Assembly (NCBI GenBank): GCA_963768655.1
Contig: CAVYIM010000004.1
Location: 608,001 to 672,000 of the forward strand
Reading direction: 5' to 3'
DNA: 64,000 nt
Origin: an uncultured Chloroflexia bacterium
GTDB taxonomy: Bacteria; Chloroflexota; Limnocylindria; Limnocylindrales; CSP1-4
Positions 18,157 to 27,326 of this stretch are shown in pieces (the first letter of the stretch is position 1; the number at the start of each line of letters is the position of its first letter). The position numbers were made by a program, and so were the translations under genes. The notes beneath the pieces are model-generated. The model saw only the letters and a program-made list of their open reading frames with translations, was not told the DNA's origin and did not search any database.

Positions 18157-19715
18157 CGGGATCCCTCCGGGGCGGCAACGGCACGCTTCTGGGCACGCGG
18201 CACGGCCACACGCTGCTGGACAGTGGCGGCGAGGCGGTCACGCCGCTGCTCCGTCATCTCATCGAGGCCGCCGAGGCGGCTTCGCGGTTCCAGGCCACGG
18301 GCGAGGTCGTTCGGGTCATCGGCACCACCGTCGAAGCAGCCGGCCTGATCCTGCAGCTCGGGTCGATCTGCTGGATCGATCTCGAGCCCGAGGGCATGGT
18401 CAGCGCCGAGGTGGTCGGGTTCAAGGATGGGCTGATCACGCTCGTCCCCTTCGGCGACCTGTCCGGCGTTCGACCCGGATCGGCCGTCCGGCTGCGCGAA
18501 CAGCAGTTCCGCGTCCCGATCGGTCCGGCCGTATTGGGCCGCGTGCTCGACGGCTTCGGGCGGCCGCTGGATGGTCAGGGTCCGCTCCGCGCCGAGTATC
18601 GAGTCGTGACCGGCGCTGCACCTCATCCGTTGGGCCGGGCCCGCATCTCGACTCCGATCTCGACCGGCGTACGCTCGCTGGACGGGCTTCTCTCCGCCGG
18701 CAAGGGCCAGCGGCTCGGCATCTTCGCGGGCTCCGGCGTGGGCAAGTCCACGCTCCTGGCGATGATCGCCCGCCACGCCTCCTCGGATGTCAACGTGATC
18801 GCCCTGATCGGCGAGCGAGGCCGCGAGGTCCAGGAGTTCATCGACGAGCAACTTGGCGCCGAGGGTCTGGCGCGGTCTTGCGTCGTCGTGGCCACGTCCG
18901 ACCAGCCGGCGCTGCTCCGCCTCAAGGCGGCGGAGATCGCCACCGCCATCGCCGAGTCGTTCCGGGACGAGGGCAAGGATGTCCTCTTCATGATGGACTC
19001 GGTCACGCGGCTGGCCATGGCCCAGCGTGAGATCGGTCTCGGGGCAGGGGAGCCCCCGGCCCTGCGCGGCTATCCGCCCTCTGTCTTCTCGTTCCTGCCC
19101 CGCCTTCTCGAGCGCGCCGGCAACACCGAGTACGGCACGATCACCGGCTTCTTCACCGTCCTGGTCGAAGGCGACGACATGACCGAGCCGGTCGCCGACA
19201 CGGTCCGCTCGATCCTCGACGGCCACATCGTGCTGTCGCGTGCCCTCGCCGAGCGCAATCACTACCCGGCGATCGACGTCCTGGCGTCCGTCTCGCGGGC
19301 CATGCCGGCCGTCGTCGACAAGGAACACCTTCGAGTCGCCGGCGCGATCCGGGCCGCGCTGGCCGAATACGAGGGCGCCCGCGATCTCATCGAGGTCGGA
19401 GCCTATGCCCACGGCTCGAACCCGGCGATCGACGAGGCCATTGCTCTGCGGCCGGCCCTCGAGGCTTTCCTGTGTCAGGAGCTCGAGGAGCAGTCCGACA
19501 TCGCCACCGCCCGGCGAATGATGGAAGCCACAGGCGTGCTGGAGGCTCATGCGCTTCTCGGGGCCGGCGCCGGCCTTGCCGCGGCGAAACCCGTCCAGGC
19601 GCAAACGCCGAAGACCCAGCCGGCGCAGACGCCCGCCGCCGGCGGTGCCGGCGCCACACAACCCAACTGGTCGAGCTCCGTGCCCGCCAGCCTGCGCGGT
19701 GGGGCGCCCCGATGA
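18153..19715 (+). CDS. fliI: Flagellar export ATPase FliI
   Basis: Walker A GSGVGKS, LIGERGREV, MDSVTR and ILDGHIVLSR. ATG 18153 overlaps the fliH stop. Confidence 0.96.
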   Translation: MTGSLRGGNGTLLGTRHGHTLLDSGGEAVTPLLRHLIEAAEAASRFQATGEVVRVIGTTVEAAGLILQLGSICWIDLEPEGMVSAEVVGFKDGLITLVPFGDLSGVRPGSAVRLREQQFRVPIGPAVLGRVLDGFGRPLDGQGPLRAEYRVVTGAAPHPLGRARISTPISTGVRSLDGLLSAGKGQRLGIFAGSGVGKSTLLAMIARHASSDVNVIALIGERGREVQEFIDEQLGAEGLARSCVVVATSDQPALLRLKAAEIATAIAESFRDEGKDVLFMMDSVTRLAMAQREIGLGAGEPPALRGYPPSVFSFLPRLLERAGNTEYGTITGFFTVLVEGDDMTEPVADTVRSILDGHIVLSRALAERNHYPAIDVLASVSRAMPAVVDKEHLRVAGAIRAALAEYEGARDLIEVGAYAHGSNPAIDEAIALRPALEAFLCQELEEQSDIATARRMMEATGVLEAHALLGAGAGLAAAKPVQAQTPKTQPAQTPAAGGAGATQPNWSSSVPASLRGGAPR

Positions 19716-20161
19716 GCAATCGCTTCCGCCTCGGCATCGTCCTGCGCCTGCGCGAGATGGCCGAGGAATCGGCCCGCATCGACCTCGGCCACGCCGTCGC
19801 CGCGCACCAGCGGGCCGTCGCGCTCGTCCAGGCGGCCCAGGGACGCGCCGGAGACGACATGCGCTATCTCTCCGACCTGCAGCGCAGTCGCGCCGAGGCG
19901 GGCCAGCTCCAGAGTGCGGTGCTCGCGGTGGCCTCCGCCCAGCGTGGCATCGTGGCGGCCCAGGAACGGCTCGGCCGGGCCACGAGCGCCCTGTTCGAGG
20001 CGCGCCGGGCCCTGGCCGAAGCCACCCGCCGGCGCGAGGTCGTGGAGCGGTTGCGCGACCGATTCATGGCCGAGGAGCGTCGCGCGCGGGACCGCCTCGA
20101 CACCCTCGCCATGGCCGAGATCGCGTCCACTCAGCACGCCACGCGCGCGAGGAACCGCTGA
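19712..20161 (+). CDS. fliJ: Flagellar export chaperone FliJ
   Basis: FRLGIVLRLRE N-terminus, coiled coil, located directly after fliI. Confidence 0.85.
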   Translation: MSNRFRLGIVLRLREMAEESARIDLGHAVAAHQRAVALVQAAQGRAGDDMRYLSDLQRSRAEAGQLQSAVLAVASAQRGIVAAQERLGRATSALFEARRALAEATRRREVVERLRDRFMAEERRARDRLDTLAMAEIASTQHATRARNR

Positions 20162-21426
20162 TGTACGGCTACGAGAGCCTCGTCTCGCGCATCGCCCAGC
20201 TCGACCAGCTGATACGGAGCGTGGATCCGACCTGGCAGTCCGGCTCGTATGCGGCGGCGCCGGTTGGCGTCGGCGGACTGGTCGGTTCGGCGGGCGCTGC
20301 CCTGAGCGACACCTCGCCCTTCGCCGGCGTCCTCGAGTCCATCTCATCCAGCTCGTCCGTCTCCAGCGACGCGGTCGCCGCTGCCGCGAACCCCTACGCC
20401 AACACGGTCTACGCCGGCATCCAGGTCTTGGGCGGCAGCGGGACTGAAATCGCATTCAGCAACCCGATGCCGAGCGGCAAGCTGACCCAGGCGTTTGGGC
20501 CCACGAGCCTGACCATGGAACCGCCCGCCACCGTCGATGGCGTCCACTACGCGCATTACCACTCGGGCATCGACCTCGCGACGAAGGAAGGTACGCCGAT
20601 CCTTGCCGCGGCCGACGGCACCGTGACCTATGCCGGCCGCGAGTCCGACGGCGCGGTGATCGTGAAGATCAAGCATGCCGACGGCTACGTGACCCTGTAC
20701 GGACATCTGAACCCGGATCTCGACGTCAAGGTCGGCGACGTGGTCAGCCGTGGCCAGGAGATCGGCACCGAAGGGGACACGGGCAAGTCCACCGGGCCCC
20801 ATCTGCACTTCGCTCTGTACGACCCGAGCGGCAAGGCGATCGATCCGACCCCGTATCTCGAGAGCGGGCGCCTGCCCGACGCGACCCCCAAGAAGAGCTC
20901 TGAGACGAATCTGACGGTGACCTCCCCGTCGGGTCCGATGCCCAGCTCTCTGGCCAGTCCGGCCTCGGTCTCCGATACCGGGTCGACGTCGTGGGAGCCG
21001 ACCCAGGCCGTTCTCGCCCGCTTCGACGCCGTGGCCTCGAAGATCCCCTACGCCAGCCAGATTCGGACGGCCGCTGTCGCGGCCGGCATCGACCCGCTCC
21101 TGCTTGCGGCGCTGGTGTCAAAGGAGTCGAGCTTCCATGCGACGTCGGTGTCCAGCTGCGGCGCGAAGGGCCTCACTCAGCTGATGCCAGCCACGGCCAG
21201 CGGCATGGGCGTCTCGAACGTGTTCGATCCTCAGCAGAACCTGGACGGCGGCGCCAAGTACCTGGCTCTGCAGCTCAAGCGCTTCGGGCGCATCGACAAG
21301 GCCCTGGCGGCCTACAACAAGGGCCCGGGAACTGTCTGGAGGGCCGGCACCGTGCCGGAATCGGCCAAGGGATACGTCTCCCACGTCCTTGCCAAGTGGA
21401 CGAGCTATGAGGAGGCCGCGTCATGA
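20161..21426 (+). CDS. Bifunctional peptidoglycan hydrolase: M23 peptidase + SLT lytic transglycosylase
   Basis: M23 motifs HSGID, YGHL and STGPHLHF. SLT motifs KESSF, AKGLTQLMP and ALAAYNKG. Confidence 0.9.
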   Translation: MYGYESLVSRIAQLDQLIRSVDPTWQSGSYAAAPVGVGGLVGSAGAALSDTSPFAGVLESISSSSSVSSDAVAAAANPYANTVYAGIQVLGGSGTEIAFSNPMPSGKLTQAFGPTSLTMEPPATVDGVHYAHYHSGIDLATKEGTPILAAADGTVTYAGRESDGAVIVKIKHADGYVTLYGHLNPDLDVKVGDVVSRGQEIGTEGDTGKSTGPHLHFALYDPSGKAIDPTPYLESGRLPDATPKKSSETNLTVTSPSGPMPSSLASPASVSDTGSTSWEPTQAVLARFDAVASKIPYASQIRTAAVAAGIDPLLLAALVSKESSFHATSVSSCGAKGLTQLMPATASGMGVSNVFDPQQNLDGGAKYLALQLKRFGRIDKALAAYNKGPGTVWRAGTVPESAKGYVSHVLAKWTSYEEAAS

Positions 21427-21893
21427 GCGGTCTGATCGACGGGACGACTTCAGTCCTCTCGCAGGCTCTGGATGGCCTCACAAGCAGGCAGTCGGCGATC
21501 TCATCGAATCTGGCCAACATCGACACGCCCGGCTACAAGGCGCAGACGGTCGACTTCGAGACGGCTCTGAGCCAGGAGGTTCAGGCCATGGAATTGTCGG
21601 GCTCGTCGACGACCGCTCCCGCGGATCCCTCGACGGGGCCTTCGGCCGCGATCGCCATGCTGACGAACGACCCGCGTCAGTACTCGTCGATAGCGTCGAC
21701 CCTGGGGCAGTCCGGGACGACGACCTCGACCACCGACTCGACGGCCAACGAGAACCTGCGCAACGACGGCAACACGGTTGATCTCGAGACGGAGATGACG
21801 GCCCTGACCGAGACGCAGATCAAGTACTCGGCCGTCGCGGAACTCCTCACCGACAAGTTCACACAGCTCTACGACGTGCTTGGAGGGCATTAG
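21423..21893 (+). CDS. flgB: Flagellar basal-body rod protein FlgB
   Basis: RQSAISSNLANIDTPGYK and RNDGNTVDLETEM motifs. Confidence 0.95.
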   Translation: MSGLIDGTTSVLSQALDGLTSRQSAISSNLANIDTPGYKAQTVDFETALSQEVQAMELSGSSTTAPADPSTGPSAAIAMLTNDPRQYSSIASTLGQSGTTTSTTDSTANENLRNDGNTVDLETEMTALTETQIKYSAVAELLTDKFTQLYDVLGGH

Positions 21894-21894
21894 G

Positions 21895-24789
21895 ATGTCC
21901 GGTCTCGGCGCTACCAGCGTGGCCCTCGGCCCGACGGTCGGACCCATCCAGAGCGGCATCGTCTCTGGATCCTCCCCGTCCGACGACCAGAGCTTCGGCG
22001 ACGTCTTCGAGGAGGCAAGGGCGTCGAGCGGCGCCGGCGTGCCGTGTCAGCCGACCTCCGGGTCCGACACCGGCATGGCCGGCCCCACGTCCGCGACCCG
22101 ATCCGATACCACTGCCAGGCCTGAGCCGGGGGCCGGACAGGTCGATGACCAGGCCCCCCTCTGGCAACCCCGAACATCGACGCGCGTCGGCACGGCCGAC
22201 AGTCCGGACACGGACGAGGCGCCACCGACTCCCCGCCCGGTCTTGGGTTCGCCCGAGCGCCGAGGCCTCGGCAGGAGCCCCAGGGTCCGGGCGGGGGAAA
22301 CCGGGTCGACCCGCGCCTCGACGCGCTCCGACTCGACCCCGGCAGCCCTGACTCCGACAGCCACGCCCGATTCCGGCGGCGCCGATCCGCTAACCGTCGA
22401 TGTGGCCGTGGTTTCGGCCGCGCCTCAGCCTGCGGCCCAGACCGAAGGCTCCGCGAGCGGCACCGCCGCGGCCTCGGCTGGTCAGTCCGAATCCGTCGAC
22501 GCGATCGGAGCCGTGAGCCAGGCTACGGTCGCCGCGGTCCTGGTCGCGGTCGAGGGCGCCGCGATGTCCGTTCCGGCGGGCGCCTCGGCACCGGTCGCGG
22601 CCGCGTCAGGTCAGGCCGCGGCAGCAGCCGCGACGATCGGGACGATGCAAACACCGGGCCAGGTCACGCGGCAGACCCGCGTGCTGGGCGGCTCGGCAAC
22701 GACGGCAGGCCCTGCCGATGGTCGGTCCGCCGGCCAGGATGGCCGCCCTTTCGTGGCGGTGGCAGGCCCGACGGCCTCGGCCGCGGCCAGCCCCGGGGCG
22801 GCAACACAATTCGCGGCCGGCGCGGCTACCGGCGCGCCCTCCGGCGCGGCGGTCCAATCATCGGAGTGGGGAGCCTCTGAGGCCTTGCCGGCATTCGACG
22901 GTGCGCAGGATCCGGGACGCGTCTCGCGGATGCCTCTCGCCGCCTCGGTCGTCTCGTCGGCGGCCACCGCGCGGCAGGCGGATGGAATCTCCGCTGCAAC
23001 CGCGCCGACCTCGTCCGCGGCCGCCGTCACGACGGCCGCCCCCGCAGCGACCGCTGCCGCGACGACGGCCGGAGCCCCTGCAATGACCGGCCGCGCACCA
23101 ATTCGCGGAGCTGCGCCCTCGCCGGCACCGGTTTCCGCGGCTCCCGTCCCCGCAGACAGCTCCATTGCCGGCTCAATGATCGGGCAAACGATTGCGTCAG
23201 CACCGGAGTCCGGCGCCGGTCTGGATCCGGCCGCGGCCGGGCCCGCACGGCCCGGCGATTCACCTGCCGGCTCGACCGTCGCCACGGTCGCCGCGTCGTC
23301 GGGGCCGGCCGCCCCAGCCTCTCAGCCGCTCGCACAACTGGGCCAGACCGTCGGGGCAGACTCGACTGGGGACGGCCAGGCTGAAGTCGGGCCCGGCGCC
23401 ACGTCGCCGGTCCCCGTCTGGGCCGAAGCGGCGCGGCTTGCCGGGCCGTCCCAGATGGCCGCCGCCGCGCCAGCTTCTGCCGCGGCGACCACCACCACGG
23501 CGGCCGCCGCCACGACTACGGCCGCGCCGGTTCCTGCCTTCGACGCGGCCTCCGCCGCCCCGGCGCTGCGGGCTGCGACGGAGCCGGCATCCCGCGGCGG
23601 CGCCTCCGCGGCCGCCGCCACGACGGCCGCCCCCGCGGGAGCGTCCATCCGGGCGAGCGCCCCAGCCGGAACGGGGAGCGATCCCGCGGCCGCCTCGTCC
23701 GCAGCCGCCACCGCGGTGGCTCCGGCGCCCCAGGATGAAACGGCCGCCGCCTCGGCTGCCGCTGCCGTGGCTGCGCCGGCCGTCGCCTCGGCCCAAACTG
23801 CCGGTGCCGCGCGCCTGGTCCCCGTGCCGGCGGGCAAGCAATCCGCAGGCCCGGGATTCACCGGCGTCCGGCATGAAGCCCCGAACCCGAGCGCCGGCGG
23901 AGCGGGGCCGGTCCGCGCCGTGGGCGGGCCGTCAGCTTCGGGTCGCGGCGCCGGGGACACATCGGGTTCGGCATCGCGGGCTCCCGCGAGTTCCGGAGCC
24001 GCCGCGGGAGACGACGGCCACGCTGCCGCCTCCACGGCCCAGGCGCCGTCGGCATCGGCCGCGACGCAGGCGCCGTCCACGGTCCAGACGGCGGCGGCCC
24101 AGTCGATCGCGGCGGCCTCGGCCGCGTCCGCCCTGGGGGTCTCGGCCGCCACGCTCCCCGCCCATGCGGCCGAATCGGTCTCTGCGTCCCCAGCGACCGC
24201 CGACCTGGCGTCATCGGCAGACAAGTTGATGAGCCAGGTCGTCCAGACCATTCACACCTACCAGACATCGGGCGGGCCCGCCGTCGAGGCTCGAGTCAGC
24301 GACCCGAACCTGGGCGACGTGAGGCTCGTCGTGACCGGCCGGGCGGGCGAGATCGTGCAGGCCCAGCTGGTCGTCAAGGATCGCGCGTCGGCCGACGCGC
24401 TCACCACGGCCGCGGCCCGAGTTCGCGCCACCAGCGATGCCCTGGAGGGCGTCAACGTCACGGTCCGCAGCGAGACCGGCAGCAGCTGGACCGCCGGCGG
24501 GCGGAGCGGCAGCGCCGACGCCGAAGCCTGGATGGCCGGTGGCTGGGGCAACGGATCCGGCTCGAATCCCGGAAGCGGGCATGGCAGCCAGGGCGCCGCC
24601 GCCGGAGCCAGCTCCGGGCCCGGCTCGGGCAACGGGAGTGGCTCCGGAATGGGCACTCCATCCGACGGCTCACGGGGCTCGAGTCGGCCGGCCGCCTCGC
24701 CTTTCGATCAGTCGACCTCCACGAACGCAGGCCGTCCCCGGCCGAGATTGCCGCTCTCCAGCGGCTCGTCAATCGACATCCGAGCCTGA
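21895..24789 (+). CDS. fliK: Probable hook-length control protein FliK (very long, Ala/Ser/Pro-rich)
   Basis: Directly upstream of flgD. Low-complexity body plus C-terminal DPNLGDVRLVV...VQAQLVV...ALTTAAARVR, resembling the FliK P.eLG T3S4 domain. Confidence 0.7.
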   Translation: MSGLGATSVALGPTVGPIQSGIVSGSSPSDDQSFGDVFEEARASSGAGVPCQPTSGSDTGMAGPTSATRSDTTARPEPGAGQVDDQAPLWQPRTSTRVGTADSPDTDEAPPTPRPVLGSPERRGLGRSPRVRAGETGSTRASTRSDSTPAALTPTATPDSGGADPLTVDVAVVSAAPQPAAQTEGSASGTAAASAGQSESVDAIGAVSQATVAAVLVAVEGAAMSVPAGASAPVAAASGQAAAAAATIGTMQTPGQVTRQTRVLGGSATTAGPADGRSAGQDGRPFVAVAGPTASAAASPGAATQFAAGAATGAPSGAAVQSSEWGASEALPAFDGAQDPGRVSRMPLAASVVSSAATARQADGISAATAPTSSAAAVTTAAPAATAAATTAGAPAMTGRAPIRGAAPSPAPVSAAPVPADSSIAGSMIGQTIASAPESGAGLDPAAAGPARPGDSPAGSTVATVAASSGPAAPASQPLAQLGQTVGADSTGDGQAEVGPGATSPVPVWAEAARLAGPSQMAAAAPASAAATTTTAAAATTTAAPVPAFDAASAAPALRAATEPASRGGASAAAATTAAPAGASIRASAPAGTGSDPAAASSAAATAVAPAPQDETAAASAAAAVAAPAVASAQTAGAARLVPVPAGKQSAGPGFTGVRHEAPNPSAGGAGPVRAVGGPSASGRGAGDTSGSASRAPASSGAAAGDDGHAAASTAQAPSASAATQAPSTVQTAAAQSIAAASAASALGVSAATLPAHAAESVSASPATADLASSADKLMSQVVQTIHTYQTSGGPAVEARVSDPNLGDVRLVVTGRAGEIVQAQLVVKDRASADALTTAAARVRATSDALEGVNVTVRSETGSSWTAGGRSGSADAEAWMAGGWGNGSGSNPGSGHGSQGAAAGASSGPGSGNGSGSGMGTPSDGSRGSSRPAASPFDQSTSTNAGRPRPRLPLSSGSSIDIRA

Positions 24790-24799
24790 AGGAGCAGAC

Positions 24800-25312
24800 A
24801 TGTCAATCGATCCCACGCAGCTCTTCTCGAACGCGTACATGCCCGCCGCTTCGGCCAACGATTCCTCCGCGACCGTGACGGACTCCGGTGGCGTAGACAC
24901 GCTAGACACAACCGGCAGCGACGCGACTGACGGCCTGACAACCGATGACTTCATGAACATGTTCCTGGCTCAGCTGCAGAACCAGGATCCGACGCAACCG
25001 ATGGATGACTCGACGATGCTGACTCAGCTGTCGCAGATGTCGATGCTCCAGACCTTCCAGGATCTCGATAAGTCGCTGGCAGGGACGCAGCTCGCCGAGT
25101 CGTCCGCGCTCATCGGCAAGAACGTCACGGGCATGGACGTCAACGGCTCACCGGTCAACGGCGTAGTCACCTCGGTGACGCAATCCACCGACGCCGGGCT
25201 CGTCCTCCAGGTCGGAAGCCAGTACGTCACGCCCGCGAACGTCACTGTCGTGACCGCCGACAGCTCCACGACCGGCACTACGACCGGCACGACCACCAGC
25301 TCCACAACCTAG
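24800..25312 (+). CDS. flgD: Flagellar hook capping protein FlgD
   Basis: DDFMNMFLAQLQNQDPTQPMD and ALIGKNVT motifs. AAGGAG RBS. Confidence 0.94.
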   Translation: MSIDPTQLFSNAYMPAASANDSSATVTDSGGVDTLDTTGSDATDGLTTDDFMNMFLAQLQNQDPTQPMDDSTMLTQLSQMSMLQTFQDLDKSLAGTQLAESSALIGKNVTGMDVNGSPVNGVVTSVTQSTDAGLVLQVGSQYVTPANVTVVTADSSTTGTTTGTTTSSTT

Positions 25313-25349
25313 CGGATGGCCGGCGCAGCCGGACCAGGCAACAAGGGAG

Positions 25350-25778
25350 GTGATCGCAACGATCGATCGCATCGGACCCGACCTGACGTCGCTGAGCGGA
25401 GGTCTCATCAGGGACCCGAGCCAGACCACCAGCTCGAGCCCAGTCGGACAGCCCACTTCGGAGGCGCCGCCGTCAGCCGGCAGCCAGTCCTTCCGAGACG
25501 CGCTGACCGCAGCCGCGGATGACCACTCGCTCCAGCTCTCGGAGCACGCCATGAAGCGCGTCGAACAGCGTCAGATCCCCCTCCAGGGAGATCAGCTGGA
25601 TCGGCTGCAGAAGGCCATGGACACCCTGAGCCAGCGGGGCAGCCGCCAGTCGCTGGTGATGCTCGACCAGTACGCCTACGTCGTCCACGTACCAAGCCAC
25701 ACCGTCGTCACGGCCGTTGAGCCGAATGAAAGCAAGGAGCGCGTCTTCACCCAGATAGACAGCGTCGTCATCGCCTGA
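25350..25778 (+). CDS. Flagellar operon protein (TIGR02530-like)
   Basis: LSEHAMKRVEQRQI...GSRQSLVML...TVVTAV...VFTQIDSVVI, located between flgD and flgE as in Firmicutes. Confidence 0.85.
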   Translation: MIATIDRIGPDLTSLSGGLIRDPSQTTSSSPVGQPTSEAPPSAGSQSFRDALTAAADDHSLQLSEHAMKRVEQRQIPLQGDQLDRLQKAMDTLSQRGSRQSLVMLDQYAYVVHVPSHTVVTAVEPNESKERVFTQIDSVVIA

Positions 25779-25936
25779 CGGTCTCGTCCGACCCGAGGGT
25801 TCGAGTCGGGAGCTCGAAAATCGTCCGCCGCGTGTGCCAGGTCGATAGCCGGACCTCTCTGAGGAAGCTGGCCTGGCCGCGGACGCCAACTCGCGTCGCG
25901 CAAGGAGCGTGGACGCCAGCTTCCAGGAGGCATCAC

Positions 25937-27184
25937 GTGCTTCGGTCAATGTTCGCGGCCATCTCTGGTCTGCACGGCAACCAGACCATGATGGACGTCA
26001 TCGGCAACAACATCGCCAACGTCAACACCGTCGGCTACAAGTCCGGTCGCGTCAACTTCCAGGACATCATGTCCCAGACACTCCACGGCGCCACGGCCCC
26101 GGCAAACGGCCTGGGCAGCATCGACCCCGCCCAGATCGGGCTCGGCATGACGGTCGCCGGTATCGACGTTCTGCAGACGCAGGGCAACCTGCAGTCGACC
26201 GGCAAGACGACTGACATGGCGATCCAGGGCGACGGCTTCTTCGCCGAGTCGGACGGCTCGACCACCTACTACACCCGCGACGGCGCCTTCGACATCGCCC
26301 TCGACGGCTCCCTGGCCAACCCGGCCAGCGGGTTGAAGGTCCAGGGCTGGCAGGCCGATTCTGACGGCAAGATCGACGAGACCCAGCCGCTCACCAACAT
26401 CACCATTCCGATCGGCCAGCGCACCACCGCTCTGGCTACCTCGTCCGTGACCCTGAGTGGCAACCTGGACGCGGGCGCGGCGACCGCTACGGCGGCGCCG
26501 ACGACCATGACGATATACGACAGCCTGGGCGTATCCCATTCGGTCAAGGTCACCTTCACCAAGACAGCCGCCAACCAGTGGAGCTGGGCGGCGACCGCGG
26601 ACGCGACCGACACGGGCATCACGATCACCCCCGTGGCGGGCCCGCCTCCCGTGAACGAAGGCACGCTCACCTTCACCTCTTCGGGCGTCGTGTCGGCCTC
26701 GACGGGGTCTTTGAGCTTCACCTTCCCAGACGGCGCCAAGGCGACTACTCCGGCCATCGACCTCACGCAGATGACCCAGTTCAGCGGCACCAGCCAGCCC
26801 TCCGGCCAGGCCGACGGCTTCACGTCGGGCACGCTGACGACCTTCGCCGTCGGCGACGCCGGTGAGATCTCCGGTGTCTATTCGAACGGCCAGACCCAGG
26901 TCCTGGGTCAGATCGCCCTCGCGGACTTCCTGAACCCGGATGGTCTGCTGCGAGCAGGCCAGAACAACTTCACCTCAACGTCCGCGTCCGGCGCCGCCAA
27001 CATCGGCGTCGCGGGCACGGGCGGCCGCGGCACCGTTACGACGGGCGCGCTGGAGATGTCCAACGTCGACCTCGCCACCGAGTTCACGGGGATGATCACG
27101 GCCGAGCGTGGCTTCCAGGCCAACAGCCGCGTTATCACCACCTCCGACCAGATGCTCCAGGAGCTCGTGAACCTGAAGCAGTAG
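25937..27184 (+). CDS. flgE: Flagellar hook protein FlgE
   Basis: GTG with AGGAGG RBS. MDVIGNNIANVNTVGYK, YTRDGAF and LEMSNVDLATEFTGMITAERGFQANSRVI motifs. Confidence 0.96.
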   Translation: MLRSMFAAISGLHGNQTMMDVIGNNIANVNTVGYKSGRVNFQDIMSQTLHGATAPANGLGSIDPAQIGLGMTVAGIDVLQTQGNLQSTGKTTDMAIQGDGFFAESDGSTTYYTRDGAFDIALDGSLANPASGLKVQGWQADSDGKIDETQPLTNITIPIGQRTTALATSSVTLSGNLDAGAATATAAPTTMTIYDSLGVSHSVKVTFTKTAANQWSWAATADATDTGITITPVAGPPPVNEGTLTFTSSGVVSASTGSLSFTFPDGAKATTPAIDLTQMTQFSGTSQPSGQADGFTSGTLTTFAVGDAGEISGVYSNGQTQVLGQIALADFLNPDGLLRAGQNNFTSTSASGAANIGVAGTGGRGTVTTGALEMSNVDLATEFTGMITAERGFQANSRVITTSDQMLQELVNLKQ

Positions 27185-27230
27185 CAGCCTCTTCGATAGC
27201 CCGCGAACGGGGCTGAGTTCGCGACACCAG

Positions 27231-27271
27231 GCGGCCGGGCCGGTCCAGCAGCCCGCCCGGCCGCTTCTCTT
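27231..27271 (+). terminator. Intrinsic terminator of the flagellar operon
   Basis: GCGGCCGGGC/GCCCGGCCGC 10-bp stem followed by TTCTCTT. Confidence 0.6.
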
Positions 27272-27326
27272 CCGAAGGTTCGAACCGACACCTATGGATG
27301 GACTCGGATAGCTCGGGGATGCGCGC

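Noticed and set aside
25786-25812. tRNA suggested by GGTTCGAGTC
   Set aside because: No matching T-stem, acceptor stem or cloverleaf; only a small hairpin.
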